Shown here: piece by piece, positions 39,066-48,240 of the stretch
Position numbering within the stretch: position 1 is the first letter of the stretch
Layout: each line of letters opens with the position of its first letter
The notes under the pieces: model-generated
Databases searched by the model: none
The model's input: only the letters and a program-made list of their open reading frames with translations
What the model was told of the DNA's origin: nothing
NCBI GenBank assembly: GCA_963793265.1
Contig: CAWBZI010000006.1
Location: forward strand, 896,001 to 960,000
DNA: 64,000 nt
DNA from: an uncultured cyanobacterium
GTDB taxonomy: Bacteria > Cyanobacteriota > Cyanobacteriia > Phormidesmidales > Phormidesmidaceae
Direction of reading: 5' to 3'
Made by a program: the position numbers and the translations under genes

Positions 39066-39986
39066 CTACATCTGTCGTAGGCTCGCGGCTAGACCCATCG
39101 TAATTTTAGCCATTGCCGCGATGTCTAGTGTCCCTATTTGATCAGACGAGGTGTGATAGTGAGGGTTTCGCAAGTTAGCGGTATCGGTCACTAAAATAGC
39201 GGGATAGCCAGCATCCCAGAAGGGCGCGTGGTCGCTGCGTCGGGAGGATGGAATCTGCTTTCCTTGATTGAGCACGGGGAGCCACTGACAGGGCATTCCA
39301 GCCCGTTTTATATGGCGCTTGAGAGACATCATTTTAGGCACTGTAGAACCGTTGCCAATGAGCGCAAGGAAGTCGCTCGTTTTGGGATAGATGCGGCTCA
39401 TGATCTTAAGCGGATATTGCTGAGGCGCATCGCTGAAGTAGCCCAGCATCTCTAAAGACAGCATGAGATGGATAGGGCGCTGCTCGGCTTGCCAGCTCTG
39501 AGCGCAAGTGGTGCTGCCGACTAAGCCGTATTCTTCAAGGTCAAAAGCGATTAAATGAATCGGACGGCGGGGTGGGGCTGTAGAGAGGAGTTGAGCGATC
39601 ACTAGCAAAACCGCAACACCACTGGCGTTATCATCAGCACCGGGCGAGCCCGGCACGGTGTCATAGTGAGCGCCCACCAAAATCGGCGCTAAATCGGGGC
39701 GACTACCGGGCAACACGGTTTGCCAGTTGTAGTATTTTTGTTGGGAGGGGCGGCCTTGAGCATAAAAGCTTTGGCTACTCACTTCACCCCAACGACCTAG
39801 CTCAGTGCGAATATATTGCTGCGCGAGGCTGTGTCTGCCTGAGTTGAGATAGGGGTCACGTGGGCCACTCAAGGCTTGCAGGTGGCCGTTCAACTGTTCG
39901 ATTATCTGTTCAGTGGTTGAGGGTGGCGATCGCATTCCCGTCCTTAACGATGATGTCGGCATGTCCGCAGCGAGCGCGCTCTGCAA
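39066..39986 (-). CDS. M28 family metallopeptidase
   Basis: GAHYD, GADDNASG, DLEEYG, SLEM, SDH, YHT; start may be at 39962. Confidence 0.9.
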   Translation of the reverse strand: MQSALAADMPTSSLRTGMRSPPSTTEQIIEQLNGHLQALSGPRDPYLNSGRHSLAQQYIRTELGRWGEVSSQSFYAQGRPSQQKYYNWQTVLPGSRPDLAPILVGAHYDTVPGSPGADDNASGVAVLLVIAQLLSTAPPRRPIHLIAFDLEEYGLVGSTTCAQSWQAEQRPIHLMLSLEMLGYFSDAPQQYPLKIMSRIYPKTSDFLALIGNGSTVPKMMSLKRHIKRAGMPCQWLPVLNQGKQIPSSRRSDHAPFWDAGYPAILVTDTANLRNPHYHTSSDQIGTLDIAAMAKITMGLAASLRQM

Positions 39987-40029
39987 ATTTCTCCCTTACA
40001 GTACCGATTATTCAGCCGTCGAACAAAAT

Positions 40030-40938
40030 ATGAGCGTTGGCAATCAGCAGCCCAAAAAACCTTCTCAATTCTCAAAACGAGCCTCCAAAGTTCGGATTCA
40101 TATCGAGAACGGACGGTTTCATATTTTGGGGTTAGGGGCCTGGCATTCGTATTGGCGATCGCCCTACTACCTCATGCTCACGGTGCCCTGGCAAGGCTTC
40201 TTGCTGATCACAATCGGCACGTATGCCCTGGGTAACGCCCTCTGCGCTCTACTGTTTTTACTCGGTGGCGAAGGGGCCATTCTCAATGCCGAACCCGGCT
40301 CATTTGCCGACGCCTTTTACTTCAGCGTGCAAACCTCAGCCTCTATTGGCTACGGCGTCATGTCACCCGGCAATACTTATGCTCACATGCTAGTCAGCCT
40401 GGTGGCTATCACCTCCCTGGTAGGAATCGCCGTGCTCACAGGACTGGCCTATGCCCGATTTTCACGGCCTACCGCGCAGGTGTTATTCAGTCGCGTTGTC
40501 GTCGTAACGCCGTTCAAAGGGACGCCTACGCTGATGTTTCGGGCGGCTAATGAGCGCCGCAACCAAATTTTGGAGGCGCAAATGCGGGTGTATTTGACCC
40601 TTGATGAGTATAGCGACGGGCGGATGATGCGGCGGTTTTATGAGCTGGAGCTGCTGCGTGATCGCAACCCTAGCTTTTTCCTCACCTGGACGGCGCTCCA
40701 TGCCATCGACGACAACAGTCCACTCAAAAATCTCACCCACGCCGATCTTATCCGTACCAGCGCTGCCCTGCTCGTATCTGTCAGCGGCATCGATCAAACC
40801 GTGGCCCAGGCCATTCATACACGCCACACTTACTACGCACCAGACATTCTGTGGAACCGGCAGTTCAAAGATATTATTCATCAGGTGGACGGGGGCGATC
40901 GCTACATCGATTTCTCAGACTTCCATGAGGTTGAGTAA
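40030..40938 (+). CDS. Inward-rectifier potassium channel (KirBac)
   Basis: FYFSVQT..SIGYG filter, ARFSRP, PTLMFR, H.ID..SPL. Confidence 0.92.
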   Translation: MSVGNQQPKKPSQFSKRASKVRIHIENGRFHILGLGAWHSYWRSPYYLMLTVPWQGFLLITIGTYALGNALCALLFLLGGEGAILNAEPGSFADAFYFSVQTSASIGYGVMSPGNTYAHMLVSLVAITSLVGIAVLTGLAYARFSRPTAQVLFSRVVVVTPFKGTPTLMFRAANERRNQILEAQMRVYLTLDEYSDGRMMRRFYELELLRDRNPSFFLTWTALHAIDDNSPLKNLTHADLIRTSAALLVSVSGIDQTVAQAIHTRHTYYAPDILWNRQFKDIIHQVDGGDRYIDFSDFHEVE

Positions 40939-40943
40939 GCAAC

Positions 40944-42125
40944 CTAATTCTCCGGCGGCTTTAGCAAGCTCCCGCTGAGCTGACGATCGATCTGCCCCAG
41001 CGTGGCCAAATCAGCCATCGGCACCCCATGTTCAAACCCTGTCCAGCTCTGCGAATTTGGGTTTCTCAAAAAGTCAAAAGCCTGCCTAAACTCATCCGGC
41101 CCTGCGGCAACTGGCGCACTGAAGTGACAGGGAATCACCTGCTGAAAATCCCACTGCGCAATCCGATCGGCCCAAGCCAAAACGGCCTCCGCATCACGGT
41201 TAAAAATCAGGGTTTGCAGAATGGGTGCAACTAAAAGCCGTCCGCCCCTGCGCAGGGTTTCAAAAGACTCATACCAGCCGCTTTGCCACTGAAAAGGATA
41301 CAGCCCAAAATAGTTCTTCTTAGAGCGGTTCGGCGACTTCAGCGCGTTCTTGAGCACCGCACCCGTGCTTGGCACTTCTAGCTTTTCTGGCTGAAAGTAA
41401 AACGTAAATAAGGCAATTCGTGCCCAGCCCTTCAGGCGGTTTTCAGGCGTATCTTCCAGCGGTTCTAGGGCGCTATCTCGGGCGTGAAAGGCTAGCGGGA
41501 AAGGATTCTGTGAGACGACTTCGGGCGGCTCTATGGGTATAGAAAGGATGGTATCGATGGCGAGGAGTGATCGCGTCTCCCGGTGAAAGAAAGCCACTTC
41601 CGTATACGGCTTCAAATTCAGCTCAATAGGGCCAACCGTCGCATAGTCAAACTCATCAAAAAACGGCGTCTCACTCGGCTCTGCTGGCAAGATATGCGTC
41701 CGCTTAGCCGGAAAGCCCAGCCAGCTTAAGGGCAAATCAAGCGGAAAGCTCCACTGATTCGGCGCAACATACACCTCACAACGCTTGAAGTAACGCGCAA
41801 ACGGCCCGGCAAAGTACTTGTGCTCAACCCCGGTCACCGTCGGCATAATCACATACTTTACCTCACCGTGCTCAGCCTCTAGCTCCCGCATCAGCCGAAT
41901 GCACTCACGGGTCGGCGCTACCGGCGAAAACGCCAGCAGCCCGCCTTCAGCCAGCTTTACAACCGTCATCCGAATCGGCACCACCACATAAAAAATTCCC
42001 TGCACCTGCTCAAAGAGCCAGAGCTGATTTGGGATAATTTCTCGGCGGAGCGTGCGCCGCTGCCCGTAGGGATAAATCGGCACAATTGGCCAAAGCGGCC
42101 AGGCTCTATCTCCGCGTTTCGTCAT
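40944..42125 (-). CDS. DUF4336 family (metallo-beta-lactamase-like) protein
   Basis: WPLWP..PIYPYGQRRT, PIRMTVVKL, EHK, IPCHF. Confidence 0.82.
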   Translation of the reverse strand: MTKRGDRAWPLWPIVPIYPYGQRRTLRREIIPNQLWLFEQVQGIFYVVVPIRMTVVKLAEGGLLAFSPVAPTRECIRLMRELEAEHGEVKYVIMPTVTGVEHKYFAGPFARYFKRCEVYVAPNQWSFPLDLPLSWLGFPAKRTHILPAEPSETPFFDEFDYATVGPIELNLKPYTEVAFFHRETRSLLAIDTILSIPIEPPEVVSQNPFPLAFHARDSALEPLEDTPENRLKGWARIALFTFYFQPEKLEVPSTGAVLKNALKSPNRSKKNYFGLYPFQWQSGWYESFETLRRGGRLLVAPILQTLIFNRDAEAVLAWADRIAQWDFQQVIPCHFSAPVAAGPDEFRQAFDFLRNPNSQSWTGFEHGVPMADLATLGQIDRQLSGSLLKPPEN

Positions 42126-42167
42126 GGTGGTGCTATAGATCTGAGTCTATCTATCCTAGCGCTAGCC

Positions 42168-42800
42168 CTACAACAACTTGATGTTAGAAAATGAAATTTC
42201 CGTTGCTGGCTCGTCGGCTGAGGTGATCGTACGCTTTGACAAAACGGTGTAGTCACCGACCTGAGTGTAGTCGTCTGTAAACTCGCTGCGGCCCTGCTTA
42301 AGTTCACCCGTCTTAGGATCGTGATAGACAGAATCGTATGTTTGTGACAGGTAGCCGCTGCCCGTGTCGTACGAGCTAGACGTGTTGATAGTTACAACAA
42401 CGCCGTGGATGTGACGGTGAACCATCGTAAATTCGTCGTTTTTCACTTTGTAGGCGTCGCCCTCTGCTTTACCACCCACTGCGATTTTGACTGCGCCATC
42501 ATCATCTGTGCCCTCTACTTTGAAAGTATTGGCTCCATGCGTTTTTTCAAACGGACGGCTAACGCGGTGAATCGCCACTTCCCAAAGCTGACCCTTGACG
42601 ATCTTGTGAGCGTCTTCGTCCTCTATCCCAAACACTTCTGCCGATAAATCAGGATTCACTTTCGCGGTTCCTTCAAAGGTTTTATCACCTAGCTTGAGCG
42701 TTACGTCAGTCGTGTAGCCTGGAAAGTTCTTATCCCAGGTATAGCGATTTTCGTAAGCAGATTGAACGAGTTCGCGAGCAGAAACCTGTAGGGCAGTCAT
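42168..42800 (-). CDS. DUF3386 family protein
   Basis: AYENRYTWDKNFPGY, IHRV.R.FE.THG.N.F. Confidence 0.82.
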   Translation of the reverse strand: MTALQVSARELVQSAYENRYTWDKNFPGYTTDVTLKLGDKTFEGTAKVNPDLSAEVFGIEDEDAHKIVKGQLWEVAIHRVSRPFEKTHGANTFKVEGTDDDGAVKIAVGGKAEGDAYKVKNDEFTMVHRHIHGVVVTINTSSSYDTGSGYLSQTYDSVYHDPKTGELKQGRSEFTDDYTQVGDYTVLSKRTITSADEPATEISFSNIKLL

Positions 42801-42892
42801 AGCGATTTGTCGGTTAAAGGGACAGAGTTAAAGTTGATATAGAACAGATCCTAACGCAACCTTAGGCAGGCATGAGCGCGAAAATACATCGG

Positions 42893-43072
42893 CTAGCCTA
42901 GCTGCGCGGTTTCGATCTGGGCAACGTTTACTTTCCACTGCACGCATTTGCCCCAGGTCTGCTGTCGAATCCAGCAGAAGGTTCCTAAGTAGCGCTCTAG
43001 TACGAAATCTGGCAAGTCGCTGGGCTGGTCTTTAAGTCTGACAAAGTTTCCGGGACTTAGATGCTGGTTCAT
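42893..43072 (-). CDS. Small hypothetical protein (59 aa, not in ORF track)
   Basis: MNQHLSPGNFVRLKDQPSDLPDFVLERYLGTFCWIRQQTWGKCVQWKVNVAQIETAQLG; AGGT upstream. Confidence 0.65.
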   Translation of the reverse strand: MNQHLSPGNFVRLKDQPSDLPDFVLERYLGTFCWIRQQTWGKCVQWKVNVAQIETAQLG

Positions 43073-43357
43073 AAGTACCTGATGGGGGCTAGTTATTGAT
43101 ATGCTACCTGAGATTAGTTCATTAGTACTATACAGAAAACAGGTTCTTATAGTTATGAGAGTCTTCTATATAGCTTTGAAGCATTCTTAATATTTATTCG
43201 TATGAAATAAATATCCTATGGGGGAGCGCGATCGCACCATCTATCTTGTTATAGAGATTGTCGCAGGCAACAGACCTAGAAATAGATAGAGGCGCACAGC
43301 ACTACAGAGTCTTTACGTTGTTATAGGTAAATAACTTGATAGAGAGCGATCGCAACT

Positions 43358-43840
43358 ATGGCTAGCAAGCAAAAGTTTCACAAAGGCGACAAGGTGCAGT
43401 GGTCTTCGGGCCAGGGCACTTCTACAGGCACCGTGCAGAAGATGATTACCTCTGATGAAACCGTAGAGGGAACGCATGTTTCGGCTTCAAAGTCTGAGCC
43501 GCGCTACTTAGTCAAAAACGACAGCACAGAGAAAGTGACAGGCCACAGCGTAGAGGCGCTTTCAAAAGCCACTGGTGAGTCTAGTCAATCGAAAAACAGT
43601 CAGTCGAACAGTAGTGGGTCGAAAAGCAGCGGGTCGAAAAGCTTGGAGGAAGGTGATCGCGTACAGTGGAATACGGCCCAAGGCAAAACCACAGGCGTTG
43701 TCAAAAAGAAGCTCAGGACGACAACCGATATCAAAGGCTATACTGCCGAAGCCACTGAGGATGAGCCTCAATATTTAGTTGAAAGCGAGAGTACAGGCAG
43801 CGAAGCCGCTCACAAGCCGGATGCTTTAGAGAAAATTTAG
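43358..43840 (+). CDS. Tandem DUF2945 (Hva1-like Tudor) domain protein
   Basis: Two copies of GDxVQW...G...G.V.K...A...EP.YLV....TG....H..AL joined by a Ser-rich linker. Confidence 0.8.
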   Translation: MASKQKFHKGDKVQWSSGQGTSTGTVQKMITSDETVEGTHVSASKSEPRYLVKNDSTEKVTGHSVEALSKATGESSQSKNSQSNSSGSKSSGSKSLEEGDRVQWNTAQGKTTGVVKKKLRTTTDIKGYTAEATEDEPQYLVESESTGSEAAHKPDALEKI

Positions 43841-43895
43841 AAGAAAGAGATAGACGACAGAGCGGATAGAAAGGGAGTTCTAGCAGTTGAGGTGT

Positions 43896-44855
43896 CTAGC
43901 GTTCGCCAGGAATTTTAGGCAGCACTAGCACGCGTTCAGAGACAGCAGTTTGCGGATAGCGGCGATCGCTACACGCTTGATGCCCTGGCCACAGAGATGA
44001 CCGTGAGGGCGATCGCTGCGTGTCAATTTTATGGTCAAACTTACTGTTTTTGGGCTTGTCTTCGTTTGAGGCGGTGCGATCGCTAGACGCTTGTGAAGAG
44101 CAAAGGTGCTTTGCAGACGGCATATCTTCTGAGGAATCTTCTTCAGATCTCAGCGCAGAAGCCGTCAGCTTAGTCGTATAAAACATCACGCCTAACGTCG
44201 TAGCCAAACCTATCGCCTGAAACACAAGATTCTCTGCCTGCTGGCTAGAAGACAGAATGCTTGCCCCGAACTTACCCACATACACATAGGTGAAGATAAC
44301 CGGCAGCATTCCCATCCAAGAGAAAAACAGGTACTCCCAAAAGTTAATGCGCGTGATGCTAAAGCCGTAGTTCAGCAGGCTAGACGGCAGCACAGGCGAA
44401 AGTCGCGTGAGCAAAACGATCTTCCAACCCTTTTTGGCAAACGCTTTGTCTAACTTATGAAAGCGACTGTTTTCACCGACAAAGCAGGTAATCCAACGAC
44501 GGCCCATGTTTTGCCCAATTGCAAAGCAGGCGGCGATGCTAATCACATCAGCCACCGAGGCAATGACAACGCCTTTGGTAAGGCCAAACAATGTGCCCGC
44601 AGCTAAGATCAAAACGATATTGGGCAAGCCAAAGACAGCGGCTAGTACATAGATGCCGATAAAAGCTGGGATTGCCCATACGCCCTGGCCTGCAATCCAG
44701 GTGTGCGCAGCCGATAGCCAAGCGCCAATCGGTAGGTGGCTGATAACGACAATGAGGCAAGTTGCGATCGCCAGCCCTGTCCATACCCTTTTTTTCTTCA
44801 GCAAGGCCAAAGTTTTCTTCATTACGTACTGGCATCCCCAAATGTTTAACCTCAA
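43896..44855 (-). CDS. TVP38/TMEM64 (VTT) family membrane protein
   Basis: AAGTLFG, LLTRLSPVLP, NYGFSIT; start uncertain. Confidence 0.85.
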   Translation of the reverse strand: MRLNIWGCQYVMKKTLALLKKKRVWTGLAIATCLIVVISHLPIGAWLSAAHTWIAGQGVWAIPAFIGIYVLAAVFGLPNIVLILAAGTLFGLTKGVVIASVADVISIAACFAIGQNMGRRWITCFVGENSRFHKLDKAFAKKGWKIVLLTRLSPVLPSSLLNYGFSITRINFWEYLFFSWMGMLPVIFTYVYVGKFGASILSSSQQAENLVFQAIGLATTLGVMFYTTKLTASALRSEEDSSEDMPSAKHLCSSQASSDRTASNEDKPKNSKFDHKIDTQRSPSRSSLWPGHQACSDRRYPQTAVSERVLVLPKIPGER

Positions 44856-44951
44856 GCGCTACACACCCTTCAGTAGCTTTCGCCAATCGTAGGCGAACTT
44901 GTCTCCTTTGCTACAGACGGTAGGCAGATATGTAATGTGCCACTCTATACC

Positions 44952-45695
44952 TTAATGGCTAGGCGCATCGTCACCCCACACCTGGGCCAAACGCTGATCG
45001 CGCCCGCAGCCATTGCGATAAAACTTGTAGCGAACAGGCCGCGTTTTGTAATAGTCCTGATGATAGTCTTCAGCGTCGTAGAAAGTCGCCGCTGGCAAAA
45101 TATCTGTGGCAACTGGCTGATTAGACTGTTCGGATAGCTCAGATGCAATCTCTTCTTTAGACGATTCTGCTAGTGCCGCTTGCTCAGGTGTCTCATAGAA
45201 AATAGCCGAGCGATACTGGGAGCCCTTATCGCAAAACTGTCCTCTGTTATCGAGCGGATCGACGTTGTGCCAAAAGGTATCTAGCAGAGCTTCATAGCTT
45301 ACCTGCTCTGGGTCGTAGCGAACTTCTACAGCTTCCACATGGCCCGTACCGCCGCTAGAAACTTCGGAATAGGTAGGGTCTTCTGTGGTGCCGCCCGTGT
45401 AGCCTGATGTGGTTGAAGCCACACCCGGTAGCTCGTCGAAGGGCTGCTCCATGCACCAAAAGCAACCGCCTGCAAAAACAGCGGTAGAGAGATCCTCATT
45501 GGCTCTAGCTTGAGCAGTTGTGAGCGCCGAAACTTCAGCGCTTGCCTGCGTGTCGTTGCCCAAAGCTGGAGAGCTAGCCGAAGAGTCAACCGTCGCAGAA
45601 CAGCCCGCCGTGCCCCATAGCAAAACGAATACACCGAACCCAGTTAATACCTTTTTGAATAGTGATTTTTTGAAGAGCTTTTTGCCTGCTGCCAT
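44952..45695 (-). CDS. msrA: Peptide-methionine (S)-S-oxide reductase with lipoprotein-like signal
   Basis: FAGGCFWC, GYTGG, AEDYHQDY; N-terminal TAGC lipobox-like motif. Confidence 0.93.
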   Translation of the reverse strand: MAAGKKLFKKSLFKKVLTGFGVFVLLWGTAGCSATVDSSASSPALGNDTQASAEVSALTTAQARANEDLSTAVFAGGCFWCMEQPFDELPGVASTTSGYTGGTTEDPTYSEVSSGGTGHVEAVEVRYDPEQVSYEALLDTFWHNVDPLDNRGQFCDKGSQYRSAIFYETPEQAALAESSKEEIASELSEQSNQPVATDILPAATFYDAEDYHQDYYKTRPVRYKFYRNGCGRDQRLAQVWGDDAPSH

Positions 45696-45813
45696 ATCTA
45701 GAGCGCGCCTATTTAGAAACTGTATTCAATGTTGCTGTGCCTCTATTATCGTATATTCTCTCGCTATCGTATATTTTTATTAACCGCCGTCTCACAAAAC
45801 ACCCAGACCTCAT

Positions 45814-47235
45814 ATGAGCGAGCAACTACCCTCACCGCCTGGCAGCTTAGGATTACCCTGGATAGGCGAAACCCTGGGTTTCCTGCGCGACCCTGACTTC
45901 GCGACCAAACGCCAGCAGCAGTACGGCAGCTTATTTAAGTCACGCATTCTCGGCCAAACCACCGTGTTCTTTTGCGGCCCAGAAGCCAATGCCTTTTTGC
46001 TCGCTAGCCACGCTGATTGTTTCTCCTGGCGCGGTGGCTGGCCCAATAGCTTTAAAGAGCTACTGGGCGAATCGCTATTTTTGCAAGAGGGTGCAGAACA
46101 TCGGCGCAACCGCAGGCTACTCATGCCTGCTTTTCACGGCAAAGCGTTAGCAGGCTATTTCGATACGATGGTGGCACTCTCTGATACCTATCTCACGCGC
46201 TGGGAAGAGAAGGAGAATCTTATTTGGTTCAATGAGCTGAAGAAGTTCACGTTTGAAGTTGCCAGCGTTTTGCTAGTGGGCACAGCGCCCAGCTCTGCGA
46301 ATGAAGCCGTCGATAAGGCCAACGAGAACAATACGATAGAGCAGCTATCAAGCTGGTTTGCAGATTTGACGGGCGGATTGTTTACACTGCCGGTGAAGTG
46401 GGGGCCGACGCCCTATCGCAAAGCGCTGGATGGACGCGATCGCCTACTTGCCTACATCGAACAAGAAATCGCCAGCCGTCGCGAGCTAATCGCCAGCCTT
46501 CAGTCAGCCGAAGACGCAGCCTTACCTACCGACGTACTAACGCTGCTGCTACAAACTGAAGACGAAGACGGCAACCGCCTCAGCGAATCAGAAATTAAAG
46601 TGCAAACGCTGCTGATGCTGTTCGCGGGCCACGAAACCACGACCTCTATGCTGACATCGCTAATGATGGCGCTAGCGCAAAACCCTGACGTACTAGAACG
46701 AGCAAGAGCCGAGCAAAGGCAGGTGAGTGGTAATGTCAGCGGCGATATGAAGGCGGCATCGCTCACGCTAGAGCAGGTGCAAAATATGCCGTATTTAGAC
46801 CAAATACTCAAAGAAGTTGAGCGCAAGTATCCGCCCATCGGTGGCGGCTTTCGCAAGGTGATCAAGCCTTTTGACTTTAATGGCTATCACGTTCCGGCTG
46901 GCTGGCTAGCGCTCTATCGCATTGAAGCGGCCCATAAGGACGAACGCTGCTACACAAATCCTGATGCGTTCGATCCTGATAGGTTTAGTCCTAAGCGGGC
47001 TGAGCAAAAGCGATTTGACTATAGCCTGGTGGGCTTTGGCGGCGGGCCGCGCATTTGCTTGGGCATGGCTTTTGCCAAGCTAGAAATGAAAATTTTGGCC
47101 GCCCAGCTCCTTCGTCGCTATCAGTGGCAGCTAGATCCTGGCCAGGATTTGACCTTGAGCGTAGTGCCTTCGCTGCATCCTAATGACGGTTTAAAAGTCA
47201 CGCTACAGCCGCTACCTTCCGCTGTAGTGGCCTAG
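45814..47235 (+). CDS. Cytochrome P450 (CYP120-like)
   Basis: PPGSLGLPWIGET, FAGHETT, EVER, FGGGPRICLG. Confidence 0.92.
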   Translation: MSEQLPSPPGSLGLPWIGETLGFLRDPDFATKRQQQYGSLFKSRILGQTTVFFCGPEANAFLLASHADCFSWRGGWPNSFKELLGESLFLQEGAEHRRNRRLLMPAFHGKALAGYFDTMVALSDTYLTRWEEKENLIWFNELKKFTFEVASVLLVGTAPSSANEAVDKANENNTIEQLSSWFADLTGGLFTLPVKWGPTPYRKALDGRDRLLAYIEQEIASRRELIASLQSAEDAALPTDVLTLLLQTEDEDGNRLSESEIKVQTLLMLFAGHETTTSMLTSLMMALAQNPDVLERARAEQRQVSGNVSGDMKAASLTLEQVQNMPYLDQILKEVERKYPPIGGGFRKVIKPFDFNGYHVPAGWLALYRIEAAHKDERCYTNPDAFDPDRFSPKRAEQKRFDYSLVGFGGGPRICLGMAFAKLEMKILAAQLLRRYQWQLDPGQDLTLSVVPSLHPNDGLKVTLQPLPSAVVA

Positions 47236-47296
47236 CAATAACCGCATCAATGGCAAGGCGGCCTGTGTCTATATTGAGTCCTAATCAAAGCGAATT

Positions 47297-47935
47297 CTAC
47301 TGAACTGAAAGCGTAGGCCAGTTAGTGTCTGCTTTGGCAATGTTGCCAGGAATATCCTTCTGCCACCGGGTCTGAATCTTTTTATTCAGGTTGAGATATA
47401 GCTTGCCATCGACAACCGCCCAGGCCCTCGGATCAATCGCGGCGATCGCGTTTTGAGCCACCGCCCAAGCGCAGTGACCACCATACTGCGGCGCATACTG
47501 CTCAGGATTCGCGGCAAAGGCGTCCCGGTTCTGGGCGCTGGCAAACTGCCAGGTAGCACCGTTCCAGTCGTAGGTGTAGTCAGCACTGCCCGCGACAAAA
47601 TCACCTTCGCTGGCCGAGGAAAAGTAAGCGACTGGATCGGCACCACCAATGGCTATACCGTCTTCTGCGTAGATTTTGGTTGCAGCTTGAGCCTCTGTAG
47701 CAGCCGCGCCTTCTACGGATGTGCTTTTAGCAACATTCTCAGCCACCGTTTCATCCGTATTTTCACTAATAGAACTGCTAGTGGTTTCGCTAGGTGCGCA
47801 AGCGCCCAAGGCCAAAGCTAATCCGAGAGTTCCCGCTAGTACGGTGGTAGAAAAACGGAGGGGTGACGAAATTAGTCGCTGCCGAGTATGCATTTTAGTA
47901 AATCTCGTGGGTAGTTTTAAAGGTTGTGTAAACAC
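47297..47935 (-). CDS. YHS-domain lipoprotein
   Basis: LGAC lipobox, AIGGADPVAYF, YAPQYGGHCAWA, VDGKLYLN. Confidence 0.85.
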   Translation of the reverse strand: MFTQPLKLPTRFTKMHTRQRLISSPLRFSTTVLAGTLGLALALGACAPSETTSSSISENTDETVAENVAKSTSVEGAAATEAQAATKIYAEDGIAIGGADPVAYFSSASEGDFVAGSADYTYDWNGATWQFASAQNRDAFAANPEQYAPQYGGHCAWAVAQNAIAAIDPRAWAVVDGKLYLNLNKKIQTRWQKDIPGNIAKADTNWPTLSVQ

Positions 47936-48240
47936 ATTAGGCGAATCTTATGAAGCCCAGATGAGAGCCTTCTATGAATCGGCTGAAACTCGTGGTTAGC
48001 GCCCTGCAAAAACCTCAAATAGCCGACTGGGTTGAGATGTGACAAATCAAAAGTAGTCACATAAACGATACCTGTTGGGTAAGAAAACCCGCTCAATGGG
48101 GTCAGTTCTCCCAGGCTCCGTAAAGCTGTAGAGCACCTGCTATAGTCCTTTTGACCTCTTTGCTAGGGCCTCACACACCCGCTACGCAAGCTCGCCTCAG
48201 AGCTGCCCTTGTTCGCTGCACCTGCTCAACTGCCGAAGAT

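Noticed and set aside
39913..40029. Apparent head-to-head overlap of the M28 peptidase and KirBac
   Set aside because: The overlap disappears when the downstream ATG (40030) is used for the channel.
40321..40360. KirBac filter SIGYG instead of TIGYG
   Set aside because: This conservative variant is, to my recollection, common in cyanobacterial KirBacs.
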